NCBI GenBank assembly: GCA_964640365.1
Contig: CAZXHO010000001.1
Span: 1 to 34,949, forward strand
DNA from: an uncultured Sangeribacter sp.
Lineage (GTDB): Bacteria; Bacteroidota; Bacteroidia; Bacteroidales; Muribaculaceae
Length of the DNA stretch: 34,949 bases
Reading direction: 5' to 3'
This document shows, in pieces, positions 1 to 9,760 of the stretch. The notes beneath the pieces are model-generated. The model saw only the letters and a list, made by a program, of their open reading frames with translations, had not been told where the DNA came from and did no database searches. The position numbers were made by a program, and so were the translations under genes. Numbering within the stretch: position 1 is the first letter of the stretch; each line of letters begins with the position of its first letter.

Positions 1-1877
<1,877 letters not shown>

Positions 1878-3335
1878 TTACAATTTCAAAATTTCAGACT
1901 GTTTGTAAACTCCAAATGTGTGAAGAGCCGGAGTTGCGTTGCCATCAAGAATACGGAGTCGCACGTACTTAGCTGTAACCGGAGAAAAGCGCACAATCCA
2001 TTTGTGGCCCACCGACTGAAGTGCCGATGCCTCCGGAATCATGGTCCAGTCTTTACCATTCTGAGAATATTCCACACACCACGATGTAGTACGATGACCT
2101 AATTCTATCACTTCCTGAAGCATAAGACAATCGAAAGTCTCCTTTTTAGGTAGAGCGAATATAAGATCGGATTTAACTTCTCCGTCTTGTCCGGCATAAT
2201 ATGTCGTCTCATCTTCATCTATTAGATTACGAGCATCGAATTTTTTACCTCGTGAATTGGTGGTAATGATCTTTGCACCTTTAAGAAGATTCTTGCCAAA
2301 AGTTTCATCCAGCCCCTTGCGAAGCGTCACAACGTTCAGAGAATCAATAGAATTCAATAATCCTCGACGGTCAGGAGGAAGATTTAGGAGCAAGACGCTA
2401 TTACGACCGACAGAGTTACAATAGATGTCCCAAAGTTCACTCACAGGTTTTACTCTCGAATCCTCTTCAGGATGATAGAACCAACTTGGGCGAATGGATA
2501 CGTCAGTTTCAGCCGGAATGTAAGCATTGCCATTTTTCACTCCATTGTTGAGACCCTCATAATGGCTTGCCTCGTCGCGGATAGCAATAGAATCGGTAGT
2601 CGACCAGCAGGGGTCGCCGCATTGTCCCGCCTCGTTGCCCATCCAACGAACATCTGCGAAGGGATAGGAGTTTTTTGTTCCAAAAATCACGCAATCCGGT
2701 TGTGCTTTCCTTACTATCTCATACCATTCCGTATATAATGGGGTTGTTAGCTCATCAGCCCCGGCACCATCCCACCATGTTTCCCATATTTTACCATAAT
2801 CGGTCATGAGTTCTCCGAGTTGCTTGGCATAGTAGTCTTTATATCGGGAAGTAGAATAATCCGGATGAAGATGTTCATGGCGATCGTGTGGACCGAGATA
2901 AATGCCGGCTTTAATTCCGTTCTCTTCACAAGCATCGGTAAATTCACGCACCACATCACCTTTACCCCTCTTCCATGAGGAGTTCTTCACGCAATAGTCA
3001 GTATACTTACTTGGCCATAGGCAAAAACCATCGGCATGTTTAGCAGTCAGAATAGCGGCAGGAATACCCGCATTCTTGAGAGTTTCCATCCATTGATTAC
3101 AATCAAGTGCAGTAGGATTGAAAATAGCTGCAGGAGCCTTACCGTCGCCTTCGTTCACAAAATCTTCGAAAGTATTAATTCCGAAATGAAAAAAAGCTAT
3201 CATCTCACGGTCATACCATTCCTTTTGGCGTTCATTGGGAATTGGACCGTATGGCTTTGGTGCATCCTGAGCCTGACCGGTTGTCGTGGCAGAAAGGGTG
3301 AGCAGGATGCCCGATAGTATCTTGTCAAGTTTCAT
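1878..3335 (-). CDS. GH29 alpha-L-fucosidase with C-terminal F5/8 type C (CBM32-like) domain
   Basis: Motifs FFHFGINTF, LTAKHADGFCLWPS, WWDGA (nucleophile), DVSIRPSWFYH, SVGRNSVLLLNLPPD; signal peptide. Confidence 0.95.
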   Translation of the reverse strand: MKLDKILSGILLTLSATTTGQAQDAPKPYGPIPNERQKEWYDREMIAFFHFGINTFEDFVNEGDGKAPAAIFNPTALDCNQWMETLKNAGIPAAILTAKHADGFCLWPSKYTDYCVKNSSWKRGKGDVVREFTDACEENGIKAGIYLGPHDRHEHLHPDYSTSRYKDYYAKQLGELMTDYGKIWETWWDGAGADELTTPLYTEWYEIVRKAQPDCVIFGTKNSYPFADVRWMGNEAGQCGDPCWSTTDSIAIRDEASHYEGLNNGVKNGNAYIPAETDVSIRPSWFYHPEEDSRVKPVSELWDIYCNSVGRNSVLLLNLPPDRRGLLNSIDSLNVVTLRKGLDETFGKNLLKGAKIITTNSRGKKFDARNLIDEDETTYYAGQDGEVKSDLIFALPKKETFDCLMLQEVIELGHRTTSWCVEYSQNGKDWTMIPEASALQSVGHKWIVRFSPVTAKYVRLRILDGNATPALHTFGVYKQSEILKL

Positions 3336-3435
3336 GGGTTGGTTGCTGGTGTTTGAATGTTGAATTTAGAGAAATAGGAAGATTTTAAAAAAGTAGAAAA
3401 AACGAGGAGAGAGAATCGGTTTCAGAACTTGATGG

Positions 3436-3481
3436 CAAAATTACTCATATGTGATTAGACAAGGGATTAACCCGAGGTTAA
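3436..3481 (-). promoter_or_regulatory. Promoter of GH29-GH2 operon: -7 element TAATTTTG preceded by three direct repeats
   Basis: Minus strand reads TTAACC-tcggg-TTAATC-ccttgt-CTAATC-acatatgag-TAATTTTG; TAnnTTTG is the Bacteroidetes -7 consensus. Confidence 0.75.
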
Positions 3482-3577
3482 TTTACTCTAAATTTTAAAG
3501 AAATTTCATTAATCTTCCTCTACTCCCGAATAAAGGGATGCGCCAGAACCGCTAAATTTTGATCAAGCTCACGACAG

Positions 3578-3626
3578 TAGGGGGTTAATTATTTTTTAGG
3601 GGGTTAACGCAATTATTAACCCCTAC
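3578..3626. repeat. Direct and inverted TAGGGG(G)TTAA repeats
   Basis: TAGGGGGTTAA at 3578-3588 and 3597-3607; inverted copy TTAACCCCTAC at 3616-3626. Confidence 0.8.
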
Positions 3627-3661
3627 TTAATCTTATGATTAATAAGCCATATCTAATTTTG
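3616..3661 (+). promoter_or_regulatory. Promoter of susCD operon: -7 element TAATTTTG preceded by three direct repeats
   Basis: Plus strand reads TTAACC-cctac-TTAATC-ttatga-TTAATA-agccatatc-TAATTTTG; same spacing as 3436-3481. Confidence 0.75.
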
Positions 3662-3758
3662 CGCTCAGTTTCAGAACCCTATGGGGCATAGCAGTAATTT
3701 CTCACCAATAACTGCTGCACCTTAAAATTACAAAAATAATTCTATTCATAAACCAATC

Positions 3759-6700
3759 ATGAAAAAACCGAAACCACTTAACACTATCAGAGTACCCCTC
3801 GCCATAGCACTCGGCATTGGACTGATTCCTTCCATTACTCCGGGTGTAAGGGCGGAAGAGGGAACTTTATCCTCTGTATCCATAAATAACGAACAGACAC
3901 TTATTACTTATAAAGGAATAGTGCTCGACACGCAGAATGAAGGTTTACCCGGCGTCACCATACAGGTTGCAGGAACTAAGAAAGCTACCGTCACAGATAT
4001 TGACGGTGGATTCTCCATCGCTGCTCCACGCGGAGCACGCCTTACTTTCACTATGGTTGGTCTGGAGCCAAAAACAGTGACACTCGGATCTGACACCAAT
4101 CTTAAGATACAAATGCTTGAATCTTCACTGTCTCTTGATGAAGTAGTGGTAGTAGGATACGGCACTCAAAAGAAAGAGAATCTAACAGGTGCCGTGTCCG
4201 GTGTGACGGCAAAGGAACTCGAAGACCGTCCTATTACAAATCTTAGCCAAGGTCTGCAGGGTCTTATAGGCAATTTAAATATTTCAGCAAGTGACGGCAC
4301 ACCCGGCCGTGGATTCGGGTTCAATGTCAGGGGTACTACTTCTGTAAACTCTTCCGGTCCGCTTGTATTGGTCGATGGTGTTCAGATGGATCCCAATATG
4401 ATCAATCCTGCAGACGTAGAGAGCGTGTCTGTGCTAAAGGATGCGGCTTCCGCAGCTATCTATGGAACACAGGCCGCTTACGGTGTCGTGCTTATAACCA
4501 CCAAGAAAGGTAAGGAACAGAAGCCAAAACTTACTTTTTCGGCAAATCTCTCATGGAACAGACCTACCAAGATCCCTGAGTACATAGACTCCTGGACATT
4601 TGCAAATTTCCATAATCTCACCAACAGGAACTCAGGCGGAGGCGACTACTATGACCAGACTCAAATGGATCATATATATGCCTATTATACAGATCCATCT
4701 CATAATCTTCCCGTTTACATCGATCCGTCAAATTCCGATAAGTATCTTTATTGCGGCAACACAGACTGGATAAATGAGACCAGAAAGACCACTACACTCA
4801 CTCAACAATATAACGTCTCCATTTCGGGAGGCTCAGGAAAAACCACTTACTACGGATCGGCAGGATTCATGAATCAGGAAGGACAGCTGAAGCACTATGA
4901 TGATAAATATCAGCGTTTCAATGCGTCCTTGAATATCAACTCTCAGGTGTTATCTTGGCTCAACATAGGGATGAAAGCCAATTATAACTATGCTAACCGC
5001 GACACTCCATACGGATCTCACAATAATGACATGGGCTCATCTTTCTATGGTGCTGACCTTCGACCCTTCATGCCCGTATATCATCCCGATGGCAACTATT
5101 CCGGACAAGGAAGCTGGACCAACATGGTGGCAACCCAGGCTCTGTCAGGAAGCCGTATACATAAGGAAAATGACCTATGGCTCACAGGCATTATCCGGAT
5201 TCAGCCACTTAAAGACTGGAATATAAATCTTGATTACACACGCAACATATATTCCATCAACAAGAAATATCATGGCAAAGAAATAATAGAGCACTATGCC
5301 AATCCGGAAGTCACAACTATCTTCCCGCACATCACTCCCAGTACAGTGAAATATACCAACGACAATAACTATTATGATGCCGTAAATATTTATTCAGATT
5401 ATGTTCGTGACTTCGGACTACATAACATTAAACTGTTGCTTGGTTATAATTATGAACACCATAGCTGGGCTTGGTTTGATGCAGAACGTCAAAATCTGAT
5501 AAGTCCCGACATCGCATCTCTCGGAATGGCATATGGAGAGAAATACAATGGCAGCGGTTCACACGCAAGTGCTACAGAGGGCTTCTTCGGGCGTATAAAC
5601 TATAATTATGACAACCGCTATCTTCTGGAACTCAACGGCAGATACGACGGTTCATCGAAATTCCCCAAAAAGAAACGCTATGCTTTCTTCCCTTCTTTCT
5701 CATTAGGATGGAGAATCTCCGGCGAAAAATTCTGGGAACCTATTATTCCCTACGTCAATGAACTAAAGATACGCGGTTCTTATGGTAAGCTAGGAAATCA
5801 ATCGGTTGGTGGAGACTATCCTTATATCGCTACAATGGGTGCCAACGGCGAGATGGGTTATCTAATAGATGGTAAAAAGATTGCCTGTGTAGGCACGCCC
5901 GGACTCGTCAGTCCGTTTCTCACTTGGGAAACAGTTAAACAGGTGGATTTAGGTATCGACTTCGGTGCTTTGAACAACCGTCTTTTCGGTTCATTCGACT
6001 GGTATCGCCGTCTAACCGTAGATATGGTCACAAGCGGAACTCCTCTTCCCGCTGTTCTCGGAACGGGAGCGCCTCAAGCAAACACCGCCGACCTGAGAAC
6101 CGATGGTTGGGAACTTACCATCGGATGGCGCGACCGTCTGCCTTTCGGATTATCATATGATGTAAGCCTCGTACTTTCTGACTATCAGGCTACAATCACC
6201 AAATTTAATAATCCGGAAAACATTATCTCCAACCATTATGTGGGCAAAAAGTGGGGAGAAATCTGGGGATTTGTAACCGAAGGTCTCTTCCAAAGTGAAG
6301 AGGAAGTGGCTGCACATGCCGATCAGAGCGAAATTTATGGTGGGGGATGGTATCCCGGAGATGTGAAATACCGCGACCTTAACGGTGACAACAAGATCAC
6401 CTATGGTAAAGGCACACTCGATGATCCCGGAGACCAAAAAGTGATTGGCAACAGTGAGCCTCGCTACGCTTACGGCATAAAAATCAACGCCGAATGGAAA
6501 AACTTCGATCTCAATCTCTTCTTCCAAGGCATCGGCCAGCGAGATGTAGTGCTTGGAGGCAACCAGTTCTGGGGATTCGGAAACGAATGGCACGTCCCGT
6601 TCAAGCATGCCCTTGATTCATGGACAGAAGATAATCGCGATGCATATTTCCCCCGTTCAACCTACGATAATGTGACAGGAAACCGTAAAACCCAAACCCG

Positions 6701-6929
6701 GTATCTTCAAGATGCATCTTATTTCCGTCTGAAGAACATTACCCTCGGATATACACTGCCTGAAAAATGGATGAAGACTATCGGTTTTGACACCGTAAGA
6801 TTCTTCTTCTCAGGACAGAATCTATTCACCTACGACCACCTCTTCAGTATTTATGATCCCGAAACCCTCGGCCTGAACTCTTACCCACTTCAGAAGTCGT
6901 TTGCTCTCGGCGTAACTGTTACACTCTAA
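3759..6929 (+). CDS. susC: SusC/RagA family TonB-dependent transporter
   Basis: VVVGYGTQKKENLTGAVS, VLKDAASAAIYG..GVVLITTKKG, LTWETV, PGDVKYRDLNGD; 1056 aa; immediately upstream of SusD. Confidence 0.97.
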   Translation: MKKPKPLNTIRVPLAIALGIGLIPSITPGVRAEEGTLSSVSINNEQTLITYKGIVLDTQNEGLPGVTIQVAGTKKATVTDIDGGFSIAAPRGARLTFTMVGLEPKTVTLGSDTNLKIQMLESSLSLDEVVVVGYGTQKKENLTGAVSGVTAKELEDRPITNLSQGLQGLIGNLNISASDGTPGRGFGFNVRGTTSVNSSGPLVLVDGVQMDPNMINPADVESVSVLKDAASAAIYGTQAAYGVVLITTKKGKEQKPKLTFSANLSWNRPTKIPEYIDSWTFANFHNLTNRNSGGGDYYDQTQMDHIYAYYTDPSHNLPVYIDPSNSDKYLYCGNTDWINETRKTTTLTQQYNVSISGGSGKTTYYGSAGFMNQEGQLKHYDDKYQRFNASLNINSQVLSWLNIGMKANYNYANRDTPYGSHNNDMGSSFYGADLRPFMPVYHPDGNYSGQGSWTNMVATQALSGSRIHKENDLWLTGIIRIQPLKDWNINLDYTRNIYSINKKYHGKEIIEHYANPEVTTIFPHITPSTVKYTNDNNYYDAVNIYSDYVRDFGLHNIKLLLGYNYEHHSWAWFDAERQNLISPDIASLGMAYGEKYNGSGSHASATEGFFGRINYNYDNRYLLELNGRYDGSSKFPKKKRYAFFPSFSLGWRISGEKFWEPIIPYVNELKIRGSYGKLGNQSVGGDYPYIATMGANGEMGYLIDGKKIACVGTPGLVSPFLTWETVKQVDLGIDFGALNNRLFGSFDWYRRLTVDMVTSGTPLPAVLGTGAPQANTADLRTDGWELTIGWRDRLPFGLSYDVSLVLSDYQATITKFNNPENIISNHYVGKKWGEIWGFVTEGLFQSEEEVAAHADQSEIYGGGWYPGDVKYRDLNGDNKITYGKGTLDDPGDQKVIGNSEPRYAYGIKINAEWKNFDLNLFFQGIGQRDVVLGGNQFWGFGNEWHVPFKHALDSWTEDNRDAYFPRSTYDNVTGNRKTQTRYLQDASYFRLKNITLGYTLPEKWMKTIGFDTVRFFFSGQNLFTYDHLFSIYDPETLGLNSYPLQKSFALGVTVTL

Positions 6930-6945
6930 TATCGACCTCAATCAC

Positions 6946-8619
6946 ATGAAACTTCATATTAAAATAGCTGCCATTTGTGGCATAGCACTTTTCGCATCAT
7001 GCGAAGATAATCTTAACCTTTATCCCGAAGATTCAATTTCTGAAGAAACTTTCTTCAATAACGTAACTGATCTGGAACTCTTTGCAAACGGATTTTATGG
7101 TCTGCTTCCCGGTGCTCAAGGTCCGGGAGCCGACGATCAGAGTGATTGTTTCGTAAATGAAAAACCTAATACATGGATATTCAATCAAGAGACAAAACCA
7201 ACCTCAGGCGGCGGATGGGGAAGCGGAGACTGGGGTAACATCCGCTCATTGAACTTCTTCATGCAGCGTTATGGCAAAGCATCCGGCAATGAGGATCAGA
7301 TAAATGCCCAAGTGGCGGTGATCCGGTTTTTCCGGGCTTGGGAATATTTCTATAAAATCCGCCGCTTCGGAGATGTGCCGTGGTATGAAACGGATCTCAA
7401 CATCGACTCTCCGGAACTTTTTAATGGAAGAGACAGCCGTAAAGTAGTTTTTGCCCACATGCTGGAAGACATAGACTTCGCTATTGACAACCTGCCCTCC
7501 TCTCCGGCTACCGGCAGACTACACAAGTATGCCGCTCTGGCTTACAAATCGCGCATATGTCTTTATGAAGCGGCATTCAGAAAATATCACGGTCTCGGTG
7601 ATTACGAAGAGATCTACGAGCAGTGTGCAGATGCTTGTAAAAAGATCATAGAATCAGGAAGATATCAAATCTATACCAACAACCATCCTGAAAGCGATTA
7701 CTACAATCTTTTTATTCAGGAAGACCTCTCTACAAATCCTGAGTGTATAATGCCAAGGGTATATGAGGCAAAACTCCTCACGCATAACAATACACGCCAG
7801 TTGGAGGAATCGTACACCGGCATGAGCCGTGCAATGTTCGAGCAATATCTTTGTGCTGACGGTCTTCCAACTGCAGTAAGTCAGGATTATGGAACGGAAG
7901 CTGAAATACCTGCTGATGAACTGGCGAAGCGAGATCCACGTCTTTCTCAAACCATCGACAACCCCGGACTGGCATATAAACTTAAGGGTGATGGGACTCC
8001 AACCTACAACGATGTACCATCCATAGACACCAAATACTGCACCACGGGTTATCACGTAATGAAATATCATTCTCCCGACCCGGCACAATGGAACATCGGT
8101 CTATCCACTCTCGATGTCTTCATCTTCCGCTATGCAGAAGTGCTTCTAAACTATGCCGAGGCTAAAGCTGAACTGGGTGAATGTGATGATGATGTTCTCA
8201 ATCAGACCGTTAATGAATTGCGCGACCGTGTTGGCATGCCCCACCTCGCCGCAAATATAGGCTTCACGGATCCTAATTGGCCGGACTATGGCTATACTCT
8301 TAGCCCGTTGCTGTATGAAATAAGAAGAGAACGTGCCGTGGAGCTCCTCGGTGAGGGTTTCCGTTGGGATGATATTGTTCGATGGAAAGCCGGTAAACTT
8401 CTCGAGAACCCAAAGTCTATGCTCGGCATGAAGGTATCCGACAAACTGCGCGACCAATATGAAAATTTTAACCGCACTCTCAACAGCGAAGGATTCCTTG
8501 TAGTCTATCCCGACAAGAATTCCCGCACATGGGACGACAAACTGTATCTCCATCCGATCCCAATTGAGGAGACTGTAATGAATCCTAATCTTCTTCCCAA
8601 CAATCCCGGATGGGAATGA
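6946..8619 (+). CDS. susD: SusD/RagB family glycan-binding lipoprotein
   Basis: Lipobox FASC; RFFRAWEY, FGDVPW, FRYAEVLLNYAEA, IRRERAVELLGEGFRWDDIVRW, C-terminal NNPGW. Confidence 0.96.
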   Translation: MKLHIKIAAICGIALFASCEDNLNLYPEDSISEETFFNNVTDLELFANGFYGLLPGAQGPGADDQSDCFVNEKPNTWIFNQETKPTSGGGWGSGDWGNIRSLNFFMQRYGKASGNEDQINAQVAVIRFFRAWEYFYKIRRFGDVPWYETDLNIDSPELFNGRDSRKVVFAHMLEDIDFAIDNLPSSPATGRLHKYAALAYKSRICLYEAAFRKYHGLGDYEEIYEQCADACKKIIESGRYQIYTNNHPESDYYNLFIQEDLSTNPECIMPRVYEAKLLTHNNTRQLEESYTGMSRAMFEQYLCADGLPTAVSQDYGTEAEIPADELAKRDPRLSQTIDNPGLAYKLKGDGTPTYNDVPSIDTKYCTTGYHVMKYHSPDPAQWNIGLSTLDVFIFRYAEVLLNYAEAKAELGECDDDVLNQTVNELRDRVGMPHLAANIGFTDPNWPDYGYTLSPLLYEIRRERAVELLGEGFRWDDIVRWKAGKLLENPKSMLGMKVSDKLRDQYENFNRTLNSEGFLVVYPDKNSRTWDDKLYLHPIPIEETVMNPNLLPNNPGWE

Positions 8620-8679
8620 TAAGATGGATATTCTCTCTATATTATGAAACCGGGGTGAACCAAATAAAGCAATAATATC

Positions 8680-9627
8680 ATGCAAATTAATAAATTCTCA
8701 GCATTCTTCCTACTTGCAGCATCTCTTTGTAGCTGCTCTGAATCAGGAAGCGACAACACTGTCTATATTCCCAATGCGGGAGCCTTGGTGAAAGCCAATT
8801 TCTATATCACAGATGAACCGGATGTGCGATCATTCACTGTTAAACTTACACCACGCTCCTATCCTGAACTCGTTGTATCCGGTCTCTCTTCAGATGCAAC
8901 AATCCATATGGCTCCCGATCCGGAAAAAGTGGATGCCTACAATCAGACTCACAATACGGATTACATGCCACTTCCCGAAGGTAGCTACAGCGTAACGGAA
9001 TCGGTAATTATGCCGGAAGGCACCAATGAATCTGAACCGATCTATATTACAGTGAATGCAAAAGGAAAGATAGAACCTTTCAAGGAATATCTATTTCCGG
9101 TAAGCATTACCGGTGCTGAAGGAATAGACTGCAGCGATTGTTGTCAGACTGTCTACTTCCTATACCGTGGAAGCATTGATGCCAGCTCGATGACGTTGCT
9201 CGATCGCTCCGCTTGGACTGTGCTTGATGCCTCATCAGAAGAACCGCGTGAGGGCGACTGGGGGCATAGCGGTCTAAAGGAAGCTTGTATTGATGATGAT
9301 CTCAATACATTCTGGGGCACAGACTGGGCTACTTCCCATCCACAACCACCACACTGGATTATTGTGGATCTTGGAGGCATAACTCATATTCAGGGTGTAG
9401 CGGTACAAGCTCGTGAAGAAGGGTATGACGGACCAAAAACCATGTATCTTGAAGTGAGCAACAACAGTTCAGACTGGACAATGGCAGGGGAGTTCAAGGA
9501 TATACCCGCAGCCGGACAGTTCAGAAGCTTCCTGCCGGAGGCAATAGAGGGACGCTACGTTCGTCTCACCATCACTTCAGTAAACGGGGGACCTCATGTT
9601 ACGGTCAGTGAATTCAATCTTTTCTGA
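8680..9627 (+). CDS. Surface lipoprotein, DUF1735 plus F5/8 type C (CBM32-like) domain; probable surface glycan-binding protein
   Basis: Lipobox LCSC; VDAYNQTHNTDYMPLPEGSY (DUF1735-like); IDDDLNTFW, PHWIIVDLG, GRYVRLTIT (discoidin). Confidence 0.85.
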   Translation: MQINKFSAFFLLAASLCSCSESGSDNTVYIPNAGALVKANFYITDEPDVRSFTVKLTPRSYPELVVSGLSSDATIHMAPDPEKVDAYNQTHNTDYMPLPEGSYSVTESVIMPEGTNESEPIYITVNAKGKIEPFKEYLFPVSITGAEGIDCSDCCQTVYFLYRGSIDASSMTLLDRSAWTVLDASSEEPREGDWGHSGLKEACIDDDLNTFWGTDWATSHPQPPHWIIVDLGGITHIQGVAVQAREEGYDGPKTMYLEVSNNSSDWTMAGEFKDIPAAGQFRSFLPEAIEGRYVRLTITSVNGGPHVTVSEFNLF

Positions 9628-9703
9628 TAGCAAGTAAACTAGAAATAAGAATCTAATAAGGTAAAAAAGAATAAAACATTAGTGCAGGTTTAATTATTCC
9701 GAA

Positions 9704-9741
9704 AATAGGGTGATATCCGGTATGCGTGGTATCACCCTATT
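9704..9741. terminator. Hairpin between convergent genes, probable bidirectional terminator
   Basis: Perfect 12-bp arms AATAGGGTGATA / TATCACCCTATT. Confidence 0.65.
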
Positions 9742-9760
9742 ATATAAAATTGGTAGGCTC

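Noticed and set aside
3578-3626. Inverted repeats as an invertible promoter or CRISPR-like array
   Set aside because: The arms enclose only a few bases and no promoter, no recombinase is nearby, and there is no repeat-spacer periodicity.
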